58,005 nt of DNA from an uncultured virus (IMG/VR IMGVR_UViG_3300028833_000088) (IMGVR_UViG_3300028833_000088), one strand, 5' to 3'. Shown: positions 29,681 to 40,649, numbered from the stretch's first letter. The notes: generated by a model from the letters alone, not told the origin. Program-made: numbers and translations.

Positions 29681-31678
29681 ATGAGTGATATAACAGCTCA
29701 AGATTTAGGAAGTTCTTTATCTGTTTTAGAGTTTTTAAGAGATTGGGCAACTGAAAATAATAATACACAAATGCTTGGAGAAGTAAACTTATTAATAAAT
29801 GATTATAATTCAGTAATGGTTGAACCAGATATCTCTGATAAAACTTTATTACCTTATAATAGAAAAGACGCTTATTCAATTTTAGAATATTTAAAAATAC
29901 AAGCAGAACAGCTGTCTAACGGAAGATGGACAGACTTTTCCGATTCAGATATAGGAACTATATATTTAAAATTAATGTCTTATATATCAGATATGGTAAA
30001 CTTTCAAGTAGATAAAACAGCAAGCGAATTATATTTATCTACTTGTACAGAAAGAGTTAGTGCTTTATATCTATGCTCTTTGATAGGATATGAACCTAGA
30101 CATTATATGTCAGCATATTGTGATTTAAATTTAATTTATAATAGTACTAGTGAAGATTTAGCTAACGGTACTGTAGTATCAGCTTATTCTACTTTTACAG
30201 ATTCTACTGGTACTGTTATGTTTTCAAATATAGATGATGGTTATTTCTATAATAATAAATGCACATTAAAAGTATATGAAGGTACTCCTACATATTATTC
30301 TTATGGTATATCTAATATTACTTCTTTAGGAAGAATTATATTACCGGATTATAATATAGGAGTAAATACAATATCTTTATCTATTGATGGTACTAAATAT
30401 AATAGAGTAGATGATGTAAGATTTACAACAAATACTTTAGAGTTTTCAGTTCATATTTATGAAGATCAATATTTGTATATTCAATTACCTTCATATTGGA
30501 CAGATATGATTACTCAAGGTTCTGTTATTGAAATAAGATATTTATTAAGTTCAGGAGAAGATGGAAGAATAGGAAAGAATGTTCTTTCAAAAATAGAAAA
30601 ATTAAATATGGAAGATTCTACTGGAATTACTATATATTCAAATACTGCTACTGAAGGAGGTTATAATCCTGAAACAGTAGATGAGATGAAAGATTCAGTA
30701 CCTAGACAAGCAAGAACAATGAATACTATAGTTACAATAAATGATTTTGAAGAGGTAGGATTGAATGTTTTAGGAACTGCAGATATATCAGCATTAGATT
30801 ATAATGATCCAGCTTCTGGTTTAATACAACCTGACGATTATTATAAAGTATATTTATATGTTTTACCTGAAGATGATACTAAATATGATGCTTATGATAC
30901 AGAAGCTTTAAAATATAGAAATTCAATAATAAAATTAAGAGAAGATTGGGAAGTATCAGATTTAGAAAATGTAGCAGAAGCTCTAGATATTATAGCCAAA
31001 GCCAGTGTGTTAGGATCAACAATAACATTAACTAATGCTTTAAATTCTTATACAATAGATGATATAGTTCCATCAATAAATACTGGTCTTGAAGAAACTT
31101 CTTGGTTAGTTGAAAAAGTTTCTAATGTTTCTGGTATAAGCGATAGAATTGTATATTCAATAGCATCATCTGGAAATGATATAATTATTACATTTAATGA
31201 TAATTGGAGAGATTTTGTAGACAATTCATATGAAATATATATTTATTATAAGAGAGATCAAATTCTTACAGATAAAGGACAAACATTAAGAGAGTATATA
31301 GACGAAAGAAGATTAACGTCTTTAAATGTAACATATCATGATTTAACAATAGTACATCCAGAAATTAATGTAAGTATTTATATGGATCAGTATGATATTC
31401 ATTTTGATGTTGTAGGCGATTTAGTAAAAGATTTCATTCTTAAAAAATATTCAAGAGATAATTTAGGAATAGGAGATCCTATATTTGCAAGTGTAATAGG
31501 ATCAGATATACTACATGAGTTTAATTATATTAGATATTGTGAAGTAGTTACTCCAGAAGAAAAGATAGAAGTACTACCTAATGGATTTATTGATGTAGTA
31601 CCTAATATAGTACAAAACGGAGAATTAGTAAATCTAATTACTGTAAATGTTTACGATTATCAAAATAGAGTAATATAA
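29681..31678 (+). CDS. Baseplate wedge subunit (gp6/gpJ-like)
   Basis: WTDFSDSDIG, ELYLSTCTER, IGYEP, YLLSSGEDG, GGYNPETVDEMK...VTINDFE. Confidence 0.85.
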   Translation: MSDITAQDLGSSLSVLEFLRDWATENNNTQMLGEVNLLINDYNSVMVEPDISDKTLLPYNRKDAYSILEYLKIQAEQLSNGRWTDFSDSDIGTIYLKLMSYISDMVNFQVDKTASELYLSTCTERVSALYLCSLIGYEPRHYMSAYCDLNLIYNSTSEDLANGTVVSAYSTFTDSTGTVMFSNIDDGYFYNNKCTLKVYEGTPTYYSYGISNITSLGRIILPDYNIGVNTISLSIDGTKYNRVDDVRFTTNTLEFSVHIYEDQYLYIQLPSYWTDMITQGSVIEIRYLLSSGEDGRIGKNVLSKIEKLNMEDSTGITIYSNTATEGGYNPETVDEMKDSVPRQARTMNTIVTINDFEEVGLNVLGTADISALDYNDPASGLIQPDDYYKVYLYVLPEDDTKYDAYDTEALKYRNSIIKLREDWEVSDLENVAEALDIIAKASVLGSTITLTNALNSYTIDDIVPSINTGLEETSWLVEKVSNVSGISDRIVYSIASSGNDIIITFNDNWRDFVDNSYEIYIYYKRDQILTDKGQTLREYIDERRLTSLNVTYHDLTIVHPEINVSIYMDQYDIHFDVVGDLVKDFILKKYSRDNLGIGDPIFASVIGSDILHEFNYIRYCEVVTPEEKIEVLPNGFIDVVPNIVQNGELVNLITVNVYDYQNRVI

Positions 31679-31722
31679 AAATATATTATTTAAATTAGAA
31701 AATGTACCAGATTTCATTCTGG
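31674..31722 (-). repeat. Dispersed ~50-bp intergenic element, copy G
   Basis: Reverse complement reads CCAGAATGAAATCTGGTACATTTTCTAATTTAAATAATATATTTTTAT. Confidence 0.7.
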
Positions 31723-31744
31723 TAATTTCTAGAAAGGAAATATA

Positions 31745-32650
31745 ATGACTTTTGATATTTCATCTGTTTTTGGATTTAGAGAAATGGAAGACAGACTATT
31801 TCCAGAGTATAGACAGAAAATTTACAATTACATAAAAGGAACTTTGTCTTTAGTATTAACTGAAGATGATTTAAATATAATTGTAGAATTAATAGCAGAA
31901 TTATTTGGTGATTTATATATGAGAGCTAAAGTCTTACCTTGGGAAATTGATGTTGATAGATGTTCTGATGAAAATCTTCAAGCATTATCTACAATAATAG
32001 GTTATAGATGGAATAAAGGACTTACTCCAGATCAACAAAGAGAATCTATAAAATTATTTTGTATGATAAGAAGATGGAGAGGTACTAATTTTGGATTGTC
32101 TAATTTAATAAGATCTTTTGGACAAGATGCAGAAAGTTATTACTCTAATGCTGATTTAAGAGGTGTTGAGATTATAGAGTATGGCTCAGGAGATTATACA
32201 ACTACAGAGCCAAATATGTATCCTGGAGATATTAAAATAAGAATTCCAGAATTAAGTAAAATATTAAGAGATAGTATTTTTGATACTAAATTAGCTGGAA
32301 CTAGATTAATATTTGTATATTATATTTTTATGGGTATATTCCATCTAAAAATGTATGAAGATTGGCAATATTATATAAAGATGTGGGTTACTTATTTAAC
32401 TCAAGGATATGATCCTAGAATAGATACTTATGGTAGTATGGGACTTAGTACAGTTATTAATCAAACTCTTACAGATCAACTTACTCATGCTGTAGTAGGA
32501 GGAAGAGTAATTGGAGGTATACAAGTTTTAACTTATTATAGAGCTCCTTGGGTAAATGGATTTGTGTTCAATACTCCAGGACTTACAAATTATAGAGGTT
32601 TTATAGAATCTGCACCTACAGTTAGATCAGAACATATTCTTTATGGTTAA
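31745..32650 (+). CDS. Baseplate wedge protein (P2 gpI / gp7-like)
   Basis: DVDRCSDENLQALSTIIGYRW...QRESIK...RRWRGT...KLAGT. Confidence 0.7.
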   Translation: MTFDISSVFGFREMEDRLFPEYRQKIYNYIKGTLSLVLTEDDLNIIVELIAELFGDLYMRAKVLPWEIDVDRCSDENLQALSTIIGYRWNKGLTPDQQRESIKLFCMIRRWRGTNFGLSNLIRSFGQDAESYYSNADLRGVEIIEYGSGDYTTTEPNMYPGDIKIRIPELSKILRDSIFDTKLAGTRLIFVYYIFMGIFHLKMYEDWQYYIKMWVTYLTQGYDPRIDTYGSMGLSTVINQTLTDQLTHAVVGGRVIGGIQVLTYYRAPWVNGFVFNTPGLTNYRGFIESAPTVRSEHILYG

Positions 32651-32683
32651 TTATATTGATAATTTTATATTAAGGAGGAAATA

Positions 32684-34582
32684 ATGTCAGATACAAATAC
32701 AAATAATTTATTAATGATAACTAAAACATTAGACGATATAAATGGTGAAGTTGTTGGAACTAATGCTAGTTATGGTATGCATTATAATTTATTAGAAATT
32801 GGTATGTCTGGTATGGAAATGGTAGATAAAATGAATTCAAATTGGTCTGCCACTGATGCACAATTTGCATATCATAATGAAGAAATAAGTTTAAGAATTA
32901 TTTCTAATTCTGTAAAAGATATAGAAATTTCTGATAGTGGTGTAGTTTCATATTCATTAAATGGAACAGATTATGAAACATTGAATTATACTTGGGGTAC
33001 TATATCTGGTAATATACAAAATCAAACAGATTTATATCAGATTTTAGTAAATAAAGCAAGTCAAACAGATTTAGATTCTTTAACTACTATAGTAAATAAT
33101 AATACATCTCAGTTATTAAATTTAGTAACTCAAATGACAGCATTAAGTAATACTGTAAGTTCATTAGATAATACAGTAAATAATGCTACTACTGGATTGG
33201 TAGTAAGAATGTCAGCTGCTGAAACTTCACTTTCACGTAAAATATCTTCTAGTACAATTTTAAGTATTAGAGAATCAGGATCATCATTTTTAGAGTATAC
33301 AACTGATGGAACTAACTGGATACCACTATCAACTGTTGGAACTGTTGAATGGGGAGATGTTACTGGTGATATCGCTAATCAAGCAGATTTGCAAAATGTG
33401 TTTAATGCTATTAATAGTAGAATAGATACTTTAGATAATATAATAGCAAATGGAGGATTTTTATCTGGTACATCAGTAGCAAATACTTATGATAGTTCTT
33501 TAACTTATTCAGTTGGTGATTATATAATAAAAGAAGGTGTATTATATAGATGTACTGTTGGTATACCTGTACCTGAGGCTTGGGATTCTACACATTGGAG
33601 TTCTATAGTAATATCAAGAATTATAGATACATTTAACGATAACTTTGCTCCAGAATATGATAGTACTGAAGTATATAATATAGGTGATACAGTTACATAT
33701 TATTACAAATTATATAAATGTAATACTAATAATACAACTGGTGTTTGGGATATTACTTATTGGGATTTAGTATCAGTAGCAGAAGCAGGAATAACAAATT
33801 CTAGCTTAGCAGTTACAACAACTGCTACAACTGCAGCATTAACTTTAACAGATAGTGCAGGTAATGATGTTTCAGTTACATTACCAGTAGCTACTACAGC
33901 TAAAGGCGGTTTAATGAGCGCATCAGATAAAGTTACTTTAGGTAATTCTGAAAGTATAAGCAATAAAGTAACTACTATTACAAGCAGTAGTAGTGATACA
34001 GAATATCCTAGTGCAAAAGCTGTATTTACTGCTATAGGAAGTAATTCTGGAATGCCTATAGGTGCTGGTTGTGATTTTTTCGGAACAGTATTACCTGATG
34101 GATTTATGTGGGCAGATGGAAGTGCTATATCAAGAACAACATACGCTGCATTATTCGCAGTAATAGGTACAACTTATGGTGCTGGTGATGGCTCAAATAC
34201 ATTTAATTTACCAGATAAGAGAGAAAAAGTAACTGTAGGTTACAAAGAAGGAAGTACAGCTGGTACTCAAGGTGCTACTTTAGGAACTTTAGGTGCAGTT
34301 GGTGGTGAAAATAAACACACTTTAACTAAATCAGAAATTCCTAATTATAATTTAACAGTTACAGATCCTGGTCATACTCATAATTATTCATATGATAAAA
34401 ATACATATGCTAGTGATTTTGATAGATCACTTAATAGTCCAGCTGTAGATTCACACACTGTAACTACAGTATCAACAGGAAGTGCTACAACTGGAATAAC
34501 AGTTTCATCTGGTGGTAGCGGAACAGCTATGAATAACATGCAATCATATTTAGTTTGCAATTATATAATTAAATACAATTAA
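32684..34582 (+). CDS. Tail fibre with carbohydrate-binding-like repeats and tail collar domain
   Basis: WGTISGNIQNQTDL repeats; YDSSLTYSVGD...LYRC and YDSTEVYNIGD...LYKC modules; PIGAG...PDGFMWADGSAISRTTYAALFAVIGTTYGAGDGSNTFNLPD collar. Confidence 0.8.
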   Translation: MSDTNTNNLLMITKTLDDINGEVVGTNASYGMHYNLLEIGMSGMEMVDKMNSNWSATDAQFAYHNEEISLRIISNSVKDIEISDSGVVSYSLNGTDYETLNYTWGTISGNIQNQTDLYQILVNKASQTDLDSLTTIVNNNTSQLLNLVTQMTALSNTVSSLDNTVNNATTGLVVRMSAAETSLSRKISSSTILSIRESGSSFLEYTTDGTNWIPLSTVGTVEWGDVTGDIANQADLQNVFNAINSRIDTLDNIIANGGFLSGTSVANTYDSSLTYSVGDYIIKEGVLYRCTVGIPVPEAWDSTHWSSIVISRIIDTFNDNFAPEYDSTEVYNIGDTVTYYYKLYKCNTNNTTGVWDITYWDLVSVAEAGITNSSLAVTTTATTAALTLTDSAGNDVSVTLPVATTAKGGLMSASDKVTLGNSESISNKVTTITSSSSDTEYPSAKAVFTAIGSNSGMPIGAGCDFFGTVLPDGFMWADGSAISRTTYAALFAVIGTTYGAGDGSNTFNLPDKREKVTVGYKEGSTAGTQGATLGTLGAVGGENKHTLTKSEIPNYNLTVTDPGHTHNYSYDKNTYASDFDRSLNSPAVDSHTVTTVSTGSATTGITVSSGGSGTAMNNMQSYLVCNYIIKYN

Positions 34583-34593
34583 ATTGTTGTAAA

Positions 34594-34620
34594 TGTTATA
34601 AAATTATATATTATAATAGA
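34594..34620 (+). promoter_or_regulatory. Putative phage late promoter
   Basis: TGTTATAAAATTATATATTATAATAGA. Confidence 0.65.
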
Positions 34621-34650
34621 AATAGAAAATTTAAAGGAGGTAATTAAAAT

Positions 34651-35211
34651 ATGCCTGGAGTAGTTACATTACAATCACGTCAACGTAGAATGCACGATTG
34701 GATGAGTACTGATTTAGCTTATAGATTTGTAGGTATAGGTAGAACAACACCTTGGGAAGATGATAATAATCCACCTAATCCAAGTGAAACAATGACAGAG
34801 GTAACTGAATTAGTTGGATTACAAAGAATAGATAGTTATAAATATGCCGGAGTAATAGAGAATCCTACAACATTACAAAAAAGAACAGCTGTATATTATA
34901 AAGGATTATATTATGCTACAACGCAAGATTTTTCAGTTGCTCAAGAAAGAGGTTATACATCTATAATGTGCAAAGTAACTCTAGATAGAGACACAGTTCC
35001 ATCAATACCTATAGGAATAACATTTAGACAAGTAGGTTTATATGTTGGAGTAAATGCTACAAATGAACAAATATTATATGGAATTTCTAGAGAAGAATGG
35101 GATAATATGGCTCAAGCAGATAAAGGAATGCTTGAGGTTGTAGATAATAGATTACCTATAGGTAGAGAAGAAGATCAAGCAGAAGAAATATTTATATTAC
35201 TTGATTTTTAG
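34651..35211 (+). CDS. Baseplate wedge protein (gp8-like)
   Basis: FVGIGRTTPWEDDNNPP, FRQVGL, VDNRLPIGREEDQAEEIFILLDF. Confidence 0.75.
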   Translation: MPGVVTLQSRQRRMHDWMSTDLAYRFVGIGRTTPWEDDNNPPNPSETMTEVTELVGLQRIDSYKYAGVIENPTTLQKRTAVYYKGLYYATTQDFSVAQERGYTSIMCKVTLDRDTVPSIPIGITFRQVGLYVGVNATNEQILYGISREEWDNMAQADKGMLEVVDNRLPIGREEDQAEEIFILLDF

Positions 35212-35235
35212 TTAGTAGTAAAGAAAGGAGATACA

Positions 35236-37239
35236 ATGAAGGATTGGGAAAATTTAGAATATTCTAGCACATATAGAGAATTAGTTGATAAATTTAATGT
35301 TAATTCCAATAATAGTAAATTTATAGATTCTATAACTGGTAAGATTTTAAATAATGGTATTTTATTTTCTGGATTAGAGACAATAGATGGTAATACTATA
35401 TTACCTTTAGTAAATGCAAAACCTAATAATGATTTAGTTAATTCTGATACCATATTTGATAATTTTATATTATATTTTAGAGCTATAAATAAATTTGTAG
35501 AATTAAATTTATTTCCTATAGATTTATTATCATACGCAGATGGAAAGCTACATTTTATTTTTATAAAAGCTGATAGAACTTATAGAATATCAAGCTCTAT
35601 GTTTGGAAGAGTAGATGAGATTATTTTAGGAAGATTTGTAATATCTGAAAATTCAACGTGGAATCAATTTTATATGATGGGACAAAGATGTGGTACTCCT
35701 ATGTATGATGCTGCAGATGAGTTTTATAATGTTGAAGGAATGTATGTTAAATCACCTGAAAATTTAAGTTTGTCAATGGAATCAGGATCAGTTAAAAGAA
35801 GCGGTATACAATTTACAGATTTAAATTCTCCAGATATTATTGATTTTCATAATTTATCATCTCAAAGTATGCCTATTAGATATGTAAATGAACGTAATGA
35901 AATAGATTATTCTGTAAGTCCAGTAAATAGTATTATAACTAATAAATATATGGTTTATAATATGAATAAGAAATTAAAGACTAAAATAGAAAAATATATA
36001 GATGATATAAGTAATATGACTTATAATCTACAAGATTTAGCTTTATCTTATTCTGATACATTATTACAAGCTATAGAAGATGGAGCTACAGAATCAGAAA
36101 AGCAACAAATTATAGAAGACTTCTTATATTATATAACTAATATTTATGAAGTATCTGATAATATTTATGAAGTTTTAGGAGATCCATCTTTATCAAGTAT
36201 AAGTAGAATAGAGTTATATGGAAATAAATCAGATATTGAAGCTTATATAAATACAAATTTAAGAAATATAGTTTCAATTAGTAGTAGTCAAGTAAATGCT
36301 ATTAAGGATGTAGTTAGTTATGTTTTATTATTAAATACAGAAATATGTAATAATCCATTAATGATTATATTAAATACTATTGCTGATGAATTAGATGATA
36401 TAGATTATAGTGTTGGAACTATAGGAGATGTTCCAGCAGGTAAATTTACTTTACAAAGGATACTATGGGATATATATGATAATTCTTTAGTAGTACAATA
36501 TGGCGATACAATTTATGATACAAGTAGTGATGCTACAAATGCATCCGCTTTAATAGCTTATCCAGCACCTTGGGATAATATAATTTATATTCCTTTAGCT
36601 GTAATAGTATTAAAATCAGGAATAACTTCTATTAATGATGATGGTGATACTGTTATTATAAGTAGAAGATGGATTTATGTAGATCAAGAGCAAGAAGGAT
36701 ATGTAGATTATTATGCGAGGGCAAAAGCATTGCAAGCTATTACAATAGCAGCTCAACTACAAGCAGAAATGCTTCAATTAAGAGCCGATATTACAGCTCA
36801 ATTAAATGCTTTTAAGACAACTATTGAAGGTGAAATGTCAGCTTTAAGAAGTGATTTAGAGAATAGAATGTCTACATTAGAGACATCTTTAAATAATAAA
36901 ATAAATAATATATCAAATAAAGTTGCAGTTTATGGAGATTTTGTAACTAGTAGACATGAAAAAGATTTAGGAAATATGGGCGGTCTTTATGGTGGAGAAA
37001 ATACATTAAGCGTATCAAAATCTGGCTATATGCCTTTAGGAATTGTAGGTGTAACTATTTCTCAAAATGTAAGACCTGGATCTGGTTTTTATAATTATGA
37101 TATAAAAGGATTTAGATTAAGTACTAGAAATTCAGGAAGTGCAACTATCTGGTGGCAGTACATGTTCGACTATCAAGGTGGTGGAGTTATGAACGTAAAA
37201 GCACAATTTGATATATTGTGGGTAAAGATTAAAAGTTAA
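35236..37239 (+). CDS. Large virion structural protein (baseplate/fibre attachment, unassigned)
   Basis: 667 aa; coiled coil followed by beta-rich C-terminal domain; follows the gp8-like gene. Confidence 0.45.
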   Translation: MKDWENLEYSSTYRELVDKFNVNSNNSKFIDSITGKILNNGILFSGLETIDGNTILPLVNAKPNNDLVNSDTIFDNFILYFRAINKFVELNLFPIDLLSYADGKLHFIFIKADRTYRISSSMFGRVDEIILGRFVISENSTWNQFYMMGQRCGTPMYDAADEFYNVEGMYVKSPENLSLSMESGSVKRSGIQFTDLNSPDIIDFHNLSSQSMPIRYVNERNEIDYSVSPVNSIITNKYMVYNMNKKLKTKIEKYIDDISNMTYNLQDLALSYSDTLLQAIEDGATESEKQQIIEDFLYYITNIYEVSDNIYEVLGDPSLSSISRIELYGNKSDIEAYINTNLRNIVSISSSQVNAIKDVVSYVLLLNTEICNNPLMIILNTIADELDDIDYSVGTIGDVPAGKFTLQRILWDIYDNSLVVQYGDTIYDTSSDATNASALIAYPAPWDNIIYIPLAVIVLKSGITSINDDGDTVIISRRWIYVDQEQEGYVDYYARAKALQAITIAAQLQAEMLQLRADITAQLNAFKTTIEGEMSALRSDLENRMSTLETSLNNKINNISNKVAVYGDFVTSRHEKDLGNMGGLYGGENTLSVSKSGYMPLGIVGVTISQNVRPGSGFYNYDIKGFRLSTRNSGSATIWWQYMFDYQGGGVMNVKAQFDILWVKIKS

Positions 37240-37256
37240 TTTTATAGGAGGTAATT

Positions 37257-37466
37257 ATGACTTTAAAAGATATTTATACTAAATTTAAAAATGGATCTAG
37301 AGTAAGAAGAAGCGGTTGGGATGAGAGTATCTTATATGCCGAAGTAACTACTTATGAACCAACAAATACTAAGATGTTAAAGTTTGTTGAAGATAATTCA
37401 GAGTATAGTAATAGTATGATGAGTGTTGAAGACGTTTTAGCAAATGATTGGGAAATCATAGAATAG
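37257..37466 (+). CDS. DUF2829 / Tad2-like small protein
   Basis: FKNGSRVRRSGW...SVEDVLANDWEII resembles the G..V.R.GW...D.LA.DW pattern. Confidence 0.55.
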   Translation: MTLKDIYTKFKNGSRVRRSGWDESILYAEVTTYEPTNTKMLKFVEDNSEYSNSMMSVEDVLANDWEIIE

Positions 37467-37531
37467 TAGAAGGTTGTTTATGATAAATAAAATATTCTTC
37501 CTAAAATTATTCTAGTATGAAAGGAGATATC

Positions 37532-37732
37532 ATGTTTATAGAGACAATAAATGGTAGATTACAAAATGTTACTTTATTACAAGGAGTAATAGTAGTAAAA
37601 AATGAAGATGATACATATTCAATAGGGTATGTTCAAGTAAATGGTGAAGTCATTAAAGAAGGAACTTATGATTCTGAAGAAAATGCAGTATCAGTAAAAG
37701 AGAGTATCATTGATGACTTATTATCATTATAG
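37532..37732 (+). CDS. Hypothetical protein, paralogous to the N-terminus of the next gene
   Basis: Start reassigned to ATG 37532 (AAGGAG SD); MFIETINGRLQNV...GTYDSEENA versus MAIFINSKDDRLINL...ESYDTAEEA. Confidence 0.55.
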   Translation: MFIETINGRLQNVTLLQGVIVVKNEDDTYSIGYVQVNGEVIKEGTYDSEENAVSVKESIIDDLLSL

Positions 37733-37747
37733 AAAGGAGATTTATTA

Positions 37748-39181
37748 ATGGCTATTTTTATTAACAGTAAAGACGATAGATTAATTAATCTTTATTATGT
37801 ACAAAATATAGTAATAAATCCAGAAAATGATAAAGAAATTATCATTTATAACAAAAATGGAGAAAGTATTATAGAATCATATGATACCGCTGAAGAAGCT
37901 AACACAGCTTATGATAATTATGCTAATAAGATGGAAGAATCATCTGGTGGTGGAGGTGGAGGTAGTCCTAAATTACAAACAAAAACGGCAACTCCCACAG
38001 AACAACAACAAACAATTACTCCAGATATTGGTTATGATGGTTTGAGAAAAGTAACAGTTGATAGAATACCACAAGAATATATAGTACCAAGTGGAAGTAT
38101 AGAAATAACTAAAAATGGTACTTATGATATAACAAATAAAGCAAATACTAGTGTAAATGTGCAACCAAATCTAGAAGTAAAAAGTGTAACAATAACAAGT
38201 AATGGTACAACAACAATAAATAAAAGTCAAAACAAAGATGGTATGACGAGTGTAGAAGTAACAACGAATGTACCAGGAATAACACCAACAGGAACAATAA
38301 ATATAACAGAGAATGGTACTTATGATGTAACAGATAAAGCGAGTGCAATAGTAAATGTATCAGGTAGCGGAAGTGAATATAATGTAAAAATGAATACTGC
38401 CTTTACATCAACAAATAGTGCTTTGATTAATAATATAGTTGAATTACCTGAACTAGATTTGAGTGGTATAACATCAGTTAGTAATTTATTTGATATGTTT
38501 TATAGCTTAATAAAAATACAAGGTTTAAAAGTATATAATATATCAGACACTTCTTGTATGTTTCGTAATTGTCAAGCATTAACAACAGTACCACTATTTG
38601 ATACAAGTAAGGTAACTAATATGAACCAAATGTTTTATGTTTGTAAAAGCTTAACAACAGTACCACTATTTGATACAAGTAAGGTAACTAATATGCAAGA
38701 TATGTTCGATAATTGTCAAGCATTAACAACAGTACCTTTACTAGATACAAGTAATGTAACTAATATGGGTAGTATGTTCAATCACTGTACTAGCTTAACA
38801 ACAATACCATTACTTAATACAAGTAATGTAACTAGTATGAATACAATGTTTGGTGATTGTAGAGCATTAATAGAAGTACCTCTATTAGATACAAGTAATG
38901 TAACTGATATGTTTAATATGTTTATTCATTGTCGAGCATTAACTACAGTTCCAGTATTAGATACAAGTAGTGTAACTGATATACGTCAAATGTTTATTCA
39001 TTGTGAAAACTTAAGCAATGAAAGTTTAAACAATGTATTACAAATGTGTATAAATGCAACTTCTTATGCTGGCACAAAAACATTAAAATATATTGGTTTA
39101 ACTATAGCACAAGCAAATATTTGTCAATCATTAAGCAATTGGCAAGAATTTTTAGATGCTGGTTGGACAGCGGGTTATTAA
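37748..39181 (+). CDS. DUF285/BspA-like repeat protein (putative adhesin/receptor-binding)
   Basis: ITxNGTYDVT stalk repeats followed by seven 22-aa PLLDTSNVTxMxxMFxxC repeats. Confidence 0.8.
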   Translation: MAIFINSKDDRLINLYYVQNIVINPENDKEIIIYNKNGESIIESYDTAEEANTAYDNYANKMEESSGGGGGGSPKLQTKTATPTEQQQTITPDIGYDGLRKVTVDRIPQEYIVPSGSIEITKNGTYDITNKANTSVNVQPNLEVKSVTITSNGTTTINKSQNKDGMTSVEVTTNVPGITPTGTINITENGTYDVTDKASAIVNVSGSGSEYNVKMNTAFTSTNSALINNIVELPELDLSGITSVSNLFDMFYSLIKIQGLKVYNISDTSCMFRNCQALTTVPLFDTSKVTNMNQMFYVCKSLTTVPLFDTSKVTNMQDMFDNCQALTTVPLLDTSNVTNMGSMFNHCTSLTTIPLLNTSNVTSMNTMFGDCRALIEVPLLDTSNVTDMFNMFIHCRALTTVPVLDTSSVTDIRQMFIHCENLSNESLNNVLQMCINATSYAGTKTLKYIGLTIAQANICQSLSNWQEFLDAGWTAGY

Positions 39182-39203
39182 TAAAGATTAATTTTGAAGG
39201 AGG

Positions 39204-39998
39204 TTGCCTATGATAGATAGAAAGTATGGTGCCTTAGAATCTCCTAATGATATAAGAGATTTTAGAGTATCAGCGCCTAAAAGTATAGAGTTACCTGTTG
39301 AATTTAGATTAAATCATACAACAATAAAAGATCAAGGAGATGTAAATAGCTGTGTAGCTCATACATTATCAGAAATGCTTGAAAGTAAATATAAGAATAA
39401 TTATTCTACTGGATGGATTTACGGTTATAGACCTACAGGATATTATCAAGGAGAAGGAATGTATCCTAGAGAAGCATTATCTACTTTGCTAAAGAAAGGA
39501 GCTGTATTAAATAAAGATTTTAATGTTAATATTGAAATGAGTGCAGCTAAAAAGAAAGTAGATGATAATATAGATGTTTTAGAGATTAAAGCAGAAGATA
39601 CGAAAATAGAATCTTACGCTAGAATGTCTACTATTAATGAGATAAAAACATGGTTGTATACTAAAAATATTCCAGTTCCTATAGCTATCGCTACTGATAA
39701 TTTAGTAATAGACAGCAATAACATAATTCAAATTCCAGATGTATATCCTAATTCTGGTCATGCTATACTTATTATAGGATGGAATGAAACTGGATTTATA
39801 ATTCAAAATTCATGGGGTACTAATTGGGGTGACAATGGATTAGCTATACTTCCATATGAATATAAAATAAGAGAAGCCTGGGCAGTTACTATGGATACTT
39901 CAAATAGAGAATATGAATCAAAGATTAAAAAGCCATGTCTATTTTTCTTAAGAAGTGCATTATATAAATTAATAAAGTTTGTAAAAGGAGATAAATAA
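39204..39998 (+). CDS. Papain-like (C1) cysteine peptidase
   Basis: KDQGDVNSCVAH, GHAILIIGW, IQNSWGTNWGDNG (Cys/His/Asn triad). Confidence 0.85.
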   Translation: MPMIDRKYGALESPNDIRDFRVSAPKSIELPVEFRLNHTTIKDQGDVNSCVAHTLSEMLESKYKNNYSTGWIYGYRPTGYYQGEGMYPREALSTLLKKGAVLNKDFNVNIEMSAAKKKVDDNIDVLEIKAEDTKIESYARMSTINEIKTWLYTKNIPVPIAIATDNLVIDSNNIIQIPDVYPNSGHAILIIGWNETGFIIQNSWGTNWGDNGLAILPYEYKIREAWAVTMDTSNREYESKIKKPCLFFLRSALYKLIKFVKGDK

Positions 39999-40649
39999 AT
40001 GATTAAGAAAATAGAAGAATGGACTATTCCACTAGACGGATTAATGAAGTATTGTTTTAAGTTATCATTGAGAATAAGTCAAGAGGAAGAAAAATCTAAA
40101 AATTTTTTAAATATTAGATTAAGAATTACAAGACTTGTTAATAATGATGAGACAAAAATATTAATTCCTAGAGTAATATCATCAGTTAAGTTTTTAGGTA
40201 ATACATTATCAACAATGAAAGATTTATATTTTTTAGGTGAGAATAATGATATATTACTTATAAATGATAGATATGAATTAGAGAATGAGTCTCATATAGC
40301 ATTTGATGTTATATTAAGATTTGAAGATAGTAATAACTATATTCTTCCTGTTAATAGTAAAGGTTATAGCTTTATGATAGATAAAGAAAAAGCTTCTAGA
40401 GAACCATCTATTTCTTTAGATTATATAAATAATGATAGTACAATCGATGTCTTTGCTTATCCTAGTGTAGATAACTATGATTTATTAGAGTTTAAAGTAA
40501 ATGATAATAACTGGTTGAGCAATACTAATAATTCAGGTAGAATAACTGTTGCTAAAGTAAATAAAAATCAATTTATTCAATCTAGAATTAAGATAGATAA
40601 TGAGTATTTTTATAGTAAAGTATTAAAAATAGAAAATTCTATACAATAA
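39999..40649 (+). CDS. Hypothetical protein
   Basis: ORF coupled to the upstream gene, with SD. Confidence 0.5.
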   Translation: MIKKIEEWTIPLDGLMKYCFKLSLRISQEEEKSKNFLNIRLRITRLVNNDETKILIPRVISSVKFLGNTLSTMKDLYFLGENNDILLINDRYELENESHIAFDVILRFEDSNNYILPVNSKGYSFMIDKEKASREPSISLDYINNDSTIDVFAYPSVDNYDLLEFKVNDNNWLSNTNNSGRITVAKVNKNQFIQSRIKIDNEYFYSKVLKIENSIQ

